A DNA stretch of 64,000 bases, taken from contig JALHPE010000001.1 of the NCBI GenBank assembly GCA_022842645.1, positions 135,711 through 199,710 on the forward strand. Reading direction: 5' to 3'. The position numbers and the translations under genes were made by a program. Below are positions 8,581-17,781 of the stretch, in pieces. Within the stretch, counting starts at the first letter, position 1. Each line of letters begins with the position of its first letter. The notes beneath the pieces are model-generated. The model was given only the letters and a program-made list of their open reading frames with translations, was not told where the DNA came from and made no database searches. The DNA is from Minisyncoccota bacterium. GTDB lineage: Bacteria > Patescibacteriota > Minisyncoccia > Phycocordibacterales > UBA2100.

Positions 8581-8898
8581 TTATAGTATTTCAACCAAAA
8601 ATGCATCTATAGCAGGCTCATCATATGGATGCACCAAACGAATTGCCGCTACAACTTTTTCTATCAGTGCAGGTTCGCAGACAAATTCAATTCTTTCCTC
8701 TTCAACTTCCTCTAATGCGCCTATCTCTCCAATCGCCGGATGCGCCCCGTTCTCGGGTTTAAAGCGTCCGGTACCAACGGAACTAAAGGAACAAAAAGAA
8801 TAGTTCCCAATTTTACCGCCGCCCGCATTCCCGATTGCCTCTCGCACGGTATTTGCATGGGTTCGCGGCACAGTCACACATACTTTCATCATTTTCAT
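8581..8898 (-). CDS. NIF3/YqfO-like small protein (stand-alone PII-like domain)
   Basis: AGGGKIGNYSFCSFSSVGTGRFKP..GAHPAIG and HPYDEPAID motifs. Confidence 0.85.
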   Translation of the reverse strand: MKMMKVCVTVPRTHANTVREAIGNAGGGKIGNYSFCSFSSVGTGRFKPENGAHPAIGEIGALEEVEEERIEFVCEPALIEKVVAAIRLVHPYDEPAIDAFLVEIL

Positions 8899-9156
8899 GG
8901 AGCCGACGACCGGGATTGAACCGGTGACCTCGTCCTTCGCTTACACCTCCCCTTTAAATATACGGGAGGGCTAGACTGTATATTCGACCACGAGGGTCGC
9001 CCTTGTCAGTCGTTCGGGCTCGAAATGATTTCGCGCCACGGTCTTGGCTCTTCTAAGCTATTAACCGTTATTCGGGATTCATGTGCACTTTGCAACACAC
9101 ATGGGCGGGGACTGCGTCCCACCAAGGACGTGCTCTACCAACTGAGCTACGTCGGC
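8898..9156 (-). tRNA. tRNA-Thr(GGT) split by a group I intron (exons 9156-9121 and 8937-8898)
   Basis: The joined exons (36+40 nt) give a 76-nt cloverleaf: GCCGACG..CGTCC-TTGGT/AA-GGACG..GGTTCAATCC..CGTCGGC-T-CCA. Confidence 0.93.
8938..9120 (-). ncRNA. Compact group I self-splicing intron (183 nt) inserted between tRNA positions 36/37
   Basis: 5' exon ends in U and intron ends in G. P1 GGU/GCC has a U.G at the splice site; P2 has a GCAA loop; P4 ACGGTT/GACCGT; P7 GACTG/CAGTC with AATATA J8/7; P8 CGACC/GGTCG; P9 CCTCCC/GGGAGG. Confidence 0.9.
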
Positions 9157-9189
9157 TTTCTATCGAACATCGATAGAAAACCCACAATA

Positions 9190-9837
9190 TCACGCGATTT
9201 CGTAGTCCCAAAGTTCTTTAATGATAGATTCTGCGGCTGTGTCGTTTATGTCGCGACCCACTAATCCTGTCTGGTCTAAAAGCTGTTTCTCTAACTGTAA
9301 GGATAACTCCCGATGTTTCTCAACTTCGTTAAACCACGTCAGTGTATCTGCATGTGGCGCATATCGAACACGCGCTTCTGCAATACGCTCTTCCACGGAA
9401 AGTATCGAGAGCGGGCCAACGCGCGTATCTGCATATTGTATGATTTGAGCTTCGCGAGATCCTTCTGATAAAATCTTTTCGAGACGCCCGGAACCAATCT
9501 GCATGAACATCGTATAGACTCGATCCAGATGCAGTTCCTGTAGAATCGCAGATGTGGCCGTGTACTCATCGAACCCGTAGAGCGCGCGTATGTTATTTCG
9601 CACCGTAATCCAATGATCCACTTCTTGTTCTGTGTAAAACCCGTATGAGTCTCCCTCAAAATCAAACTTTACAATCGCACCAATGTCGTGAAGGAGGCAC
9701 GTACTTACCACAAGATCGGTATCAACCGCTTCCTTCTGCGCCTCGGCAACCATTCTTCCCACTGCAGCAACGCGTACCTGATGCAACTGAAGCCACGGTG
9801 GCACTTGGTATTTCTCGTAAATATCTTTGACGCGCAT
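9190..9837 (-). CDS. HD-domain metal-dependent phosphohydrolase
   Basis: HQVRV, CLLHDIG and YADTR motifs; start moved to ATG 9837. Confidence 0.85.
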   Translation of the reverse strand: MRVKDIYEKYQVPPWLQLHQVRVAAVGRMVAEAQKEAVDTDLVVSTCLLHDIGAIVKFDFEGDSYGFYTEQEVDHWITVRNNIRALYGFDEYTATSAILQELHLDRVYTMFMQIGSGRLEKILSEGSREAQIIQYADTRVGPLSILSVEERIAEARVRYAPHADTLTWFNEVEKHRELSLQLEKQLLDQTGLVGRDINDTAAESIIKELWDYEIA

Positions 9838-9906
9838 CCCGAGAACGATATCACACTGTACACAGTCCTCTACACACCCCAGCCTCGTGGGCTCTATACT
9901 GCTCAT

Positions 9907-10293
9907 ATGCATGAACTCTTTAGACATCTTGCCCACCGCGCGAGTGAGCGACTTGGTTCCCCTTGGGCATTTGCGTTCGCCCTCGGCATCATTGTCCTGT
10001 GGGCGCTCGCAGGCCCCTTCCTTGGATTCTCCACAACGTGGCAGCTTCTCATCAATACTGCGACAACTGTTCTCACCTTTCTCATGGTGTTTCTCATCCA
10101 AAACACTCAAAACCGCGATACGCGCGCGGTACATCTCAAGCTCGACGAACTTATCCGCGCCGTAAAAGCCGCGCGCAATAATCTCATCGATCTCGAGGAA
10201 CTCTCAGACGCGGAGCTTGATGAGTTTGAAGACGAGTTTCGTCGCATCCGCGCCCATAAAACCACACGTCCGCGCACTAAGGTTACCGAGTGA
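9907..10293 (+). CDS. Low-affinity iron permease family (Fet4-like) membrane protein
   Basis: WQLLINTATTVLTFLMVFLIQNTQNRD..KLDELI signature; TATACT 6 nt before ATG 9907. Confidence 0.9.
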   Translation: MHELFRHLAHRASERLGSPWAFAFALGIIVLWALAGPFLGFSTTWQLLINTATTVLTFLMVFLIQNTQNRDTRAVHLKLDELIRAVKAARNNLIDLEELSDAELDEFEDEFRRIRAHKTTRPRTKVTE

Positions 10294-10795
10294 GCTCTTC
10301 GATGCGTGCACGCACCTCATCCATTTGGATGGGCCCCCGTTGGTGGAAAATAATTTCACTATTTGAATCAATAAAGACTGTTTCGGGCATAGCATATCCT
10401 CCGATTGATCGGAAGAACGCATCGTCGGGGTCAAGTAGTATCTCAACACCTGAGAGGCCCAGGGGATCGGTAAATGCACGCGCCTCTTCAAGAGACTCGG
10501 CGCGATTCACTGCAAGAATAGTGATTTTGTCACCAAATTCGTTCTTGAGCTCGTGAAGGTTCTTCAGCTCTTCGGCGCAATAGGGACACCAAGAAGCCCA
10601 CGTGTGCGCAACGATAATTGATCGCTTGAATTCTGAAAGCGGCACTTCTTTTCCATCATATGAGCGCAGCGTGAGATTATATTCTTCACGGAATGTCTCT
10701 GAGCCAGGTGTGGGGCGGGTAAAGAAATAATACCCCACTGCACCAACCACAATGATGCTTGCCAGACCAACGCCAATAAATAGTTGTTTTTGCAT
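10283..10795 (-). CDS. Membrane-anchored TlpA/ResA-like thiol-disulfide oxidoreductase
   Basis: WASWCPYC, MPETVFID, N-terminal TM segment. Confidence 0.9.
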   Translation of the reverse strand: MQKQLFIGVGLASIIVVGAVGYYFFTRPTPGSETFREEYNLTLRSYDGKEVPLSEFKRSIIVAHTWASWCPYCAEELKNLHELKNEFGDKITILAVNRAESLEEARAFTDPLGLSGVEILLDPDDAFFRSIGGYAMPETVFIDSNSEIIFHQRGPIQMDEVRARIEELTR

Positions 10796-10796
10796 A

Positions 10797-12458
10797 CTAA
10801 CCAGTCCAATTAAAGAGGAGGATACTAAAATCAGCAAGGTTCACCGTGCCGTCGGCGTTGAAATCACTCTCTGCATCAGAGGTAAGCCACGCAGAGAGCA
10901 TGATGGAGAAATCGGTGAGATTGACCTTACCATCGCCATTTATATCCGTGGATCCTGTCGTTGAAGGTGCCCTCTCTCCTAAGCCAAGAATGAGTGGTGG
11001 ACTAAGGGGGCTTACTTTGTCTTCAACTTCTCCACGCGCTTGAATGACATAGCTTCCGTCTGAAATGCGCGATCCCGGCACCGTCTCACGCCACTGACCG
11101 TCGGTAGTCGAGGCATTTGTTGCACTCACCTGACTAAGGAGTGAACCAATTTTCCGCCACACAATCACGCGCACCGTACTCCCAGGTATACTCTCGCCTG
11201 TGAGCGATAGATCTTTCCCAAGCTGAGGCTCAGTAATTGCTCCCAGTGTTGGCGAGAGAAGAATGTCAGAAACGCGGTTGTTCGTACCACTTTCAAGCGT
11301 GAGCGTTGTGGTATAGGAAGCGGTCGTGCGGCCACCCGAATCGCGCGCATACGCTGCAAAAGTATATACACCACGCTCAAGGCGATCGATCGTCGTTTCG
11401 AATAACCCATCTGAGCTAGCCTGCGCCGTCCTCGCAACCACACCGTCTTTCAGAATGGTTACCGTACTTCCCGAAGGTGCCCACCCCGAAAGTTCGAATC
11501 CTGCGAGGTAGAGCACACTACTTCCATCAGGAAAAGGACCGACACCACCGTTCCCAGTCGAGCCTGACTCCGATGCAATGGAAGTATTACTCACCGGAGT
11601 TGGTGCAAGTGTAAACGTAATTGCATAGTCATCGGTGTTTACATTAAGACTCGTATCGACACAGCGCACATAGTAATTGTAGGTGGTGCTGTTCACGTGC
11701 CCCGAAACGGTCGTGAAAAATAATGTACCCGCGTTAGCCGAAGAAAATACTCCGGGCATCGATGCATACGCAACTCCTGTTGTGGTTGCATACCGACACG
11801 TGGCTGCTTCATTGGTCTCGAGCGAAAGTTGGATCACGCTATTCCCCGCTGAAATTGTTCCTGAGGGAAGTCCATTCACCCGCGTCGGCGGTTGCGGCGC
11901 TTGCTGCACCGTCACGGCAACCGGCTGAACAATTGCAATCATGGCAGCTCCGTTATCAAGCACCCCGCTACCACCCTCCGTTGCAAGCGAGACGCGGTAT
12001 GAGCCAATACCTGCAGGGTTCACTGGAAACCGATTCCCTAGTGCGCCATACGACGCATTGCCGAGCGTTATGCGCACCCTATCCCCCGCAGCAAGTCCTG
12101 TGGTCGAATTCAATACAATAATGACGGTTCCTCCTGAAAGCGAAATACCATCGGTGCTCGTGCCTGCGCTCGCAGAGAGTTCGCGCTGAGTGAACGGCCC
12201 ACCAGAAGAAACCTCAACATCGACGTCAGTGTAATCAAAGCCTGATTGTAATGTGAACGCACCACCCTCCGGCACAATACGCACAACACCAGAAGGCGGT
12301 ATGGGGGAAGTTAGGGTAAACGTAACTATGTGTGTCGAAGTTGCGCTCGGTGCAGAAGTCGAAACAAGATCGCTCACCACAAGTAACGCACCCGCACGCG
12401 TTGTGCTAAGTGCGATACCAAAAATGATGACACAGAAGACTGCGAACAGTGCCCGCAT
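10797..12458 (-). CDS. Secreted Ig-like multidomain protein with C-terminal type I dockerin
   Basis: Signal peptide; duplicated Ca-binding loops DINGDGKVNLTDFSI / DFNADGTVNLADFSI. Confidence 0.85.
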   Translation of the reverse strand: MRALFAVFCVIIFGIALSTTRAGALLVVSDLVSTSAPSATSTHIVTFTLTSPIPPSGVVRIVPEGGAFTLQSGFDYTDVDVEVSSGGPFTQRELSASAGTSTDGISLSGGTVIIVLNSTTGLAAGDRVRITLGNASYGALGNRFPVNPAGIGSYRVSLATEGGSGVLDNGAAMIAIVQPVAVTVQQAPQPPTRVNGLPSGTISAGNSVIQLSLETNEAATCRYATTTGVAYASMPGVFSSANAGTLFFTTVSGHVNSTTYNYYVRCVDTSLNVNTDDYAITFTLAPTPVSNTSIASESGSTGNGGVGPFPDGSSVLYLAGFELSGWAPSGSTVTILKDGVVARTAQASSDGLFETTIDRLERGVYTFAAYARDSGGRTTASYTTTLTLESGTNNRVSDILLSPTLGAITEPQLGKDLSLTGESIPGSTVRVIVWRKIGSLLSQVSATNASTTDGQWRETVPGSRISDGSYVIQARGEVEDKVSPLSPPLILGLGERAPSTTGSTDINGDGKVNLTDFSIMLSAWLTSDAESDFNADGTVNLADFSILLFNWTG

Positions 12459-12484
12459 AGAAGAAGTATAACGCGCTCATGCAC

Positions 12485-12892
12485 CTACGACTGCTTGAGA
12501 TTCACGATTCCACCTCGCGGAACCCGCTTCCCCCGTCGATAGTCAAAAAAGAAGTTGAGGCCGACAAGGATGGAGAGAATGATACTGGCAATAAAACTGG
12601 CTAAGGGGAGCAAATCTCGTTCGCGAAGCGAAAGAGCTTCTTCACGTTCAAGGACACGCTCTTCACGTACCTCAAGTAGAGTTTCTTTTTGTGCGAGCTG
12701 TGTCGCAATCGTGTTTTCGGGCGTGACCGGAACCGATGCCGAAGCACCTACCACGTTTGCAACCATCTGAATGCCACCCTGCGCGACAGCACCAGGTACA
12801 CCATGAAGTGCCGAGTATGAAAGCAGAAGCACTGCAATAGCTGCAGGCGCATGCACACTCCATGTGCGCCGTTTGTGGTGATGTGTTTTCAT
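12485..12892 (-). CDS. Membrane protein with short coiled coil and C-terminal TM
   Basis: N-terminal hydrophobic segment, PENTIATQLAQKE coiled coil, C-terminal TM ending NFFFDYRR. Confidence 0.7.
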   Translation of the reverse strand: MKTHHHKRRTWSVHAPAAIAVLLLSYSALHGVPGAVAQGGIQMVANVVGASASVPVTPENTIATQLAQKETLLEVREERVLEREEALSLRERDLLPLASFIASIILSILVGLNFFFDYRRGKRVPRGGIVNLKQS

Positions 12893-12899
12893 ACCCCTC

Positions 12900-13949
12900 T
12901 CACGCAAACAGGAAGAAGAGAAGTCCGAAAGAGACGACGGCAAAGAGAAATACACCTGCGACAATGGCCATCATCCGAAGCGCGGATCGCTCATAACGTC
13001 TTCCCATGTAGTCCTTATTACCCGATCCCCCCATCTCACGTAATTTTTTTCTGATGTACGAACGAACAAAAAGGAAAAGGAGGAGCGCAGCAGCAAAGAG
13101 TGAGCCTAGAACAGTGAGGATGAGCGTCGCAGGAAGTACCCAAAATGTTGTAACCCCCGAGATACTCTTCCTACTATCCTCGCCATAGGCAAGACTTAAG
13201 ACTGCTTGGTACCTGCCAAATGCAAATGAGTCATGGTCCCAGGTGGGGCGATAGATGCGCTCTGTTTCTGGGAATATGGCTCCGCCGGAGTCATTGACCC
13301 GTACGACCGCAACTTGATTGCCACGCATATTCGTAATCTCGATTGTGCCTCGTGGACGCACTAAAACATTACTCAGGTTCTCAACACGCACGGTAAAGTC
13401 GACATTGGGCGTACTATACACACTACTACCACTCGAGAACTCGCGCAGTCGCGCCTCCTCAACAATATCTCCTGAAATACGTAGACTGATCACACTGCCT
13501 ACCTGAATACCGATAGCTGCCCCGGTTTCTCCTGGACTTGGTGGCGTTGCGGCAAAAAATACACCTCCGAAGTGTGATCCCGGCGTTGCCTCCAAGGGAA
13601 TGCGCACCGTAAACGCAACGGATTTTGATTCACCAACAGCAAGTGCGACTGAAGTAGTCTCCGGCTGGATCCACTGACTAATCTCATACCCTGTTGCTTG
13701 TCCCTCAGCCGCAAAAACAGGAAGCCCTTCGTCATCAACACCAAGAATATCTTCAATAAGAACGTAGTAGGTACGATCTTCTGATGCAAGGTTTTTAACC
13801 GTAAGCGTGAAGCGATAGGTATCCCCAGGATTCACCCGGTCTTCAACAATACCCGGCTTGATCTCAACGCCCTGAGTTTGGGCAAGCGCAAAAGGCGCCG
13901 CACCGAGGAGAAGCACTATGGCGAGGAGGGATGTGATGATGTCTTTCAT
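12900..13949 (-). CDS. DUF916/WxL-interacting-like (PapD-like Ig) membrane-anchored protein #1
   Basis: Signal peptide; WI..V.L..GE...V.FTVRIP..ATPGSHFGGV; VENLSNVLVRPRGTIEI; GRYQAVLSLAYG; FWVLP followed by TM. Confidence 0.75.
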   Translation of the reverse strand: MKDIITSLLAIVLLLGAAPFALAQTQGVEIKPGIVEDRVNPGDTYRFTLTVKNLASEDRTYYVLIEDILGVDDEGLPVFAAEGQATGYEISQWIQPETTSVALAVGESKSVAFTVRIPLEATPGSHFGGVFFAATPPSPGETGAAIGIQVGSVISLRISGDIVEEARLREFSSGSSVYSTPNVDFTVRVENLSNVLVRPRGTIEITNMRGNQVAVVRVNDSGGAIFPETERIYRPTWDHDSFAFGRYQAVLSLAYGEDSRKSISGVTTFWVLPATLILTVLGSLFAAALLLFLFVRSYIRKKLREMGGSGNKDYMGRRYERSALRMMAIVAGVFLFAVVSFGLLFFLFA

Positions 13950-14012
13950 GGTCTCTTCCCCTATGGGGCGAGTGTAGCATGCCGCTGCACCCTACCCCAG
14001 CCCACCCCTCGG

Positions 14013-15176
14013 CTAGAAGACGGGGGTTGCAACGTACGTGAGTGTATTCGTGTAATCCGTACCTGCTTCCTGAAGCGAGGTGATCGCTATCCTGAAGCCA
14101 ATGTCAGTCGTACCTATATTTGCCGTTGTACCATCCGATGGGCCGTTGTGATGGAAGACCGCGCGAGAGGTTGTCGCAAAGTTACCCACAAAGAGCGCCG
14201 TACCAAACTCATCAGTGTTGAGATCATCCTCTGATGTGATACCAAAGTGACCATACGTATTCTCGGAACCAAGTGTTCCTGCAGGATACGACCACGGGCC
14301 AGGAGTGGAGTTACCATTACCATTTGCAAACGGATCAATGTCGGCACCTGTCGCGGAAGTGAGGTTTTGATCTTGTCTGATGGTGACTGTGAAGCCGTTT
14401 GCGGCGTTGGTCGCAACGGTGAGACGCTGCCCCGCCGTGGTGGATGCGTTCACGGTTGGATCAAGAAAACCAAACGCGATAGCGGTTGCAGATGTGGTAG
14501 TGGATGTTGTGATTCCATTTACATCAGTACCATTCGGAAGACCAGCAATGGTAAAGGTGAAGCTTGTGGCAACAGCTGCGGTTACCACTACATCGTCAAT
14601 GATAGCAACACGCGTATCTGCCTGATCGAGAACGGAAGATGCCGAACCTTGGTTACGGCTCTCTACACGAACCACATATGACTGAGCAGAGCTTGGGTTC
14701 ACAATGTTACTTGTTGTTGCAATTGGCAAACTGATCGCGGTTGAGGTAGCAATAACGTCGTTTGCGCAGATAGTGAGCGTGAAGGCCTCAGTGGTAGTGG
14801 AGAGCGTAAACTCGCCGGGGCCGGCGGTACAGGTTGCGACGACTGAAAGACCGGACTCTGAAACAAAGTCAGCTGCTTCAAGATTGTTGATCTGGAAGTT
14901 GTCCCCCGTTGGATCGAAGTCCACAAAGATAGTATCAGCACCACCAAGATCATTAAGCGCCGTTTGAACCGTGAAGTTGATCGTGTGGCCTGAGCGAACA
15001 CCCAAATCAGAATCCGTGAGTGTGTCGCTCACGTTCGTAAAGCTTGCCGCGTTTGCATTTTTGAGAGAAAGCGGAAAGCCGGTCGCCCACACTAAAGCGG
15101 CGATCGCGAGGATCGAAAGGAGTTTGCGAGCAAGTGTGTTGTCGAGCGAGAGAGCAAATACGTGCTTGTTATTCAT
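14013..15176 (-). CDS. Secreted WxL/pilin-like protein (C-terminal module type A); candidate major subunit
   Basis: Signal peptide; C-terminal FG.L..., L.V.TNA..G, LQEAGTDYTNTLTYVATPVF; has its own promoter region upstream. Confidence 0.7.
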   Translation of the reverse strand: MNNKHVFALSLDNTLARKLLSILAIAALVWATGFPLSLKNANAASFTNVSDTLTDSDLGVRSGHTINFTVQTALNDLGGADTIFVDFDPTGDNFQINNLEAADFVSESGLSVVATCTAGPGEFTLSTTTEAFTLTICANDVIATSTAISLPIATTSNIVNPSSAQSYVVRVESRNQGSASSVLDQADTRVAIIDDVVVTAAVATSFTFTIAGLPNGTDVNGITTSTTTSATAIAFGFLDPTVNASTTAGQRLTVATNAANGFTVTIRQDQNLTSATGADIDPFANGNGNSTPGPWSYPAGTLGSENTYGHFGITSEDDLNTDEFGTALFVGNFATTSRAVFHHNGPSDGTTANIGTTDIGFRIAITSLQEAGTDYTNTLTYVATPVF

Positions 15177-15321
15177 AAGGTGGTTTCCGGCGCAAGTAAT
15201 GACATGTGCTAATGAGTTTATTAAGCAACACGCGTCCGATGCAGGGTCACCGTGCACGTCTTCTTACCTGGGTCATTGTAAACGACAAATATTGGACAAG
15301 TCATGAGAATTACGGCGCAAT

Positions 15322-15330
15322 TGTGGATAA
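15322..15330 (-). promoter_or_regulatory. DnaA-box consensus (TTATCCACA) upstream of a -10 TACAAT (15275-15280)
   Basis: Perfect 9-mer in the intergenic region upstream of the 14013 gene. Confidence 0.5.
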
Positions 15331-15367
15331 CTCCCCTTGCGATACTACTGTCCTTTTCAAAAGGACG

Positions 15368-16618
15368 TTACTGGACGACCCCTTCTTGTTCTGAAGCGGT
15401 TTCTCGTACCTCAAACGATCGATTAGGATCGAGGGATTTTTGAAGATATGAAATACCCGACACAGCTCCCACAATAAGGAGTGCAAGAAACAGGAAAAAA
15501 AGCTTATATTTCGTCATAAATCCGGTAACCGTGACTGGTGAGGTGGATATACTGACGGGAAGAGATGGTTCTGACCGCACAACGCGACGTAAATCAACGA
15601 CGCCCTCGCGAAGCGGCTCTGCAAGCGAAGCAAGAGAAGGTGTGGACTCTTCCGTCCCCGCACTCACCCCTCGTCGTTCTCGCTCGAGAGTAAGCGCGCG
15701 ACGGATATACCGGCGAATAAACCACACCAAGGCAAGGATAAAGAGGAGTAACGAACCAAGCAGCGTGGCCACCGGCACGACCGGAACTACCCAGAAGTAG
15801 GTGGTAGCTGAAACGCTCTGTTTTTCACCATCGCCAAACGAAAGTGTTGCAACAGCACTGTACCGGCCGATGTCAAAGAGTTCAGCATCTCCCTTCCACG
15901 AGAACTCGAACTTGCGAATACTCTGCGGTAACACATTTCCAAACGAACTGGATTCGTTGATTGGGAGTACACCCCGCTCTTTCCCCCACATGTTGTAGAT
16001 TGTGATGAGCCCGCGTGGAATAAGATGTGTGTTGCCGGTATTTTCGAAACGGAGAAGGAACGAGGCCTCGTTTGTTTGATAGAGCTCGCGTTCAGTCCGA
16101 AACTCGCGAATACGTCCCCGCTCTAGTACCTCTCCTTCAATGCGAACAAAAAGAAGAGAGGAGACGAGTGTTGAAACCGCAACTGAAGTGCCGCTTGTGT
16201 TTACTTCAGGCGGCTGGGTACCAATAAGAATTGCGGCATAGTGTCCGCCGGGCGACGCCCCTTCTGGAATGTTCACCGTAAAGGGGATGTCGGCGCTCGA
16301 GCCGGGCGGTACGGTGATAGGTTCGCTCGGAATGCTCACCCATGAGGCGAGTCCGATACTCGCCCCACCCACAATTGGAGTTAGCGATGCGGCCCCACCC
16401 TCACCATCCGCAGAAAAGTCCATCAGCTGCGCGTAATAGGTTACGTCGTACGGATTCGTGTTCACAACCTTCAAAGAACTCGCCCACGATTCTCCGCGAC
16501 CAATGGTGAGCTGTATCAAGGGCGGCGTTACCGTAACCGAAAGTGCACCTTGTGTTTGTGCGCCCGAACCAAGTGGTAAAAGAAGCGCTAGAAGGACGAT
16601 GAGGGCTCTCATCTTCAT
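15368..16618 (-). CDS. DUF916/WxL-interacting-like membrane-anchored protein #2
   Basis: LASWV, PFTVNIPEGASPGGHYAAILI, FENTGNTHLIPRGLITI, GRYSA, FWVVP plus TM, second C-terminal TM. Confidence 0.78.
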   Translation of the reverse strand: MKMRALIVLLALLLPLGSGAQTQGALSVTVTPPLIQLTIGRGESWASSLKVVNTNPYDVTYYAQLMDFSADGEGGAASLTPIVGGASIGLASWVSIPSEPITVPPGSSADIPFTVNIPEGASPGGHYAAILIGTQPPEVNTSGTSVAVSTLVSSLLFVRIEGEVLERGRIREFRTERELYQTNEASFLLRFENTGNTHLIPRGLITIYNMWGKERGVLPINESSSFGNVLPQSIRKFEFSWKGDAELFDIGRYSAVATLSFGDGEKQSVSATTYFWVVPVVPVATLLGSLLLFILALVWFIRRYIRRALTLERERRGVSAGTEESTPSLASLAEPLREGVVDLRRVVRSEPSLPVSISTSPVTVTGFMTKYKLFFLFLALLIVGAVSGISYLQKSLDPNRSFEVRETASEQEGVVQ

Positions 16619-17775
16619 GCGCGGCGCTTGAGATTAATGACCTGGCCCTCAGTCGCAACCCTCGATTGAGTGGGTGCTTTTTTTGAGAGATCGACCGTGT
16701 GAGACACAGCTTGTGGCGTAGCACGCGTGATGATTGGCGGTCGTTCTTGCACAGGTGAAGGATCAACTGGCGGGACTAGCGGCACAGGAGTCGGTACAGG
16801 AGTGGAGGGAGCTGCAGGGGCACTTGGCACCACCTCCGCAAGCGGCAATCCATGCGCAAGCGCAAATTTCTTGTGGTGCCGCACTTCCAGCCAGCGATGC
16901 GAATAAAGGGCAAGAACAATGATTGCGATAAGACTCACAATAATGAGCCCCAAGAGCTGTTGCCACGGAATAATCCAGAAAAAAACCGTATCCTGAACAG
17001 AAGCCGTCTGACTCGAGCCGTAATCAACATTCAAGTACGCCTTATAGCGACCAAAGCCGCTTGCGGCACTCCAGACCGATGCAAGCTGACTCACCTGACT
17101 CGGCGAGACCTCCTTACCATCTGCATTCACTTCAACAGACGCAACTTCGGTACCCTTGCGATCATAAATACGAATCTCACCTTTGGGTTTCAGTTCTTGG
17201 TTACCAATATTTTCAAGTTGGTAGTTGAAGAGCACATCATCGCCTGAGAAAAAAAGTGAATCCGTCTTGAATGCCTTGAGTTGCATGAACTCTTTAATAT
17301 CTTCTTGAACTTCGAGATTGACCGCAACAACCGCAAGCGGCGTTGAGTTTTCGGCAGACGCACGATCGCCGCCGTCGCCAAAAGAGATTGATGCGTGATA
17401 GGTGCCTGGCACTGCGTTCGCGGTGATACGCACCACAAATGGAAGCGTTTTCTCTTCACCCGGGTTCAATTCCACGACACCACGCGAGAGCTCGATCCAA
17501 TTCGCTAATGAATCTGCTCGGTCATCGGCATTTTGTGCTGAGACAAATTCCTCTTCCCCCTCCCGCGCATCCACATCATTCACACTGGGAAACAGATTGA
17601 GTTTACGCTCGGTCGTGTTGCGCACCGTGATCGAGCGCTTCAGAATGTCGCGCGCTTTTGCTTTGTCATCGATGACTACCGGGGTGACTTCAAGCTCCGC
17701 AGCGAATGCCGGTTGCGCAACCACGAGAAGTGCGAAGAGAACCACCGAGAACCGAAGCATAGATGTGAATAGCAT
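16615..17775 (-). CDS. DUF916/WxL-interacting-like membrane-anchored protein #3 with Pro-rich cytoplasmic tail
   Basis: SLANWI, AVPGTYHASI, LENIGNQELKPKGEIRI, GRYKA, FWIIP plus TM. Confidence 0.75.
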   Translation of the reverse strand: MLFTSMLRFSVVLFALLVVAQPAFAAELEVTPVVIDDKAKARDILKRSITVRNTTERKLNLFPSVNDVDAREGEEEFVSAQNADDRADSLANWIELSRGVVELNPGEEKTLPFVVRITANAVPGTYHASISFGDGGDRASAENSTPLAVVAVNLEVQEDIKEFMQLKAFKTDSLFFSGDDVLFNYQLENIGNQELKPKGEIRIYDRKGTEVASVEVNADGKEVSPSQVSQLASVWSAASGFGRYKAYLNVDYGSSQTASVQDTVFFWIIPWQQLLGLIIVSLIAIIVLALYSHRWLEVRHHKKFALAHGLPLAEVVPSAPAAPSTPVPTPVPLVPPVDPSPVQERPPIITRATPQAVSHTVDLSKKAPTQSRVATEGQVINLKRRA

Positions 17776-17781
17776 ACCAGA

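Noticed and set aside
15275-15330. Replication origin, suggested by a DnaA box
   Set aside because: Only single boxes per intergenic region, with no cluster, no obvious unwinding element and no dnaA/dnaN nearby
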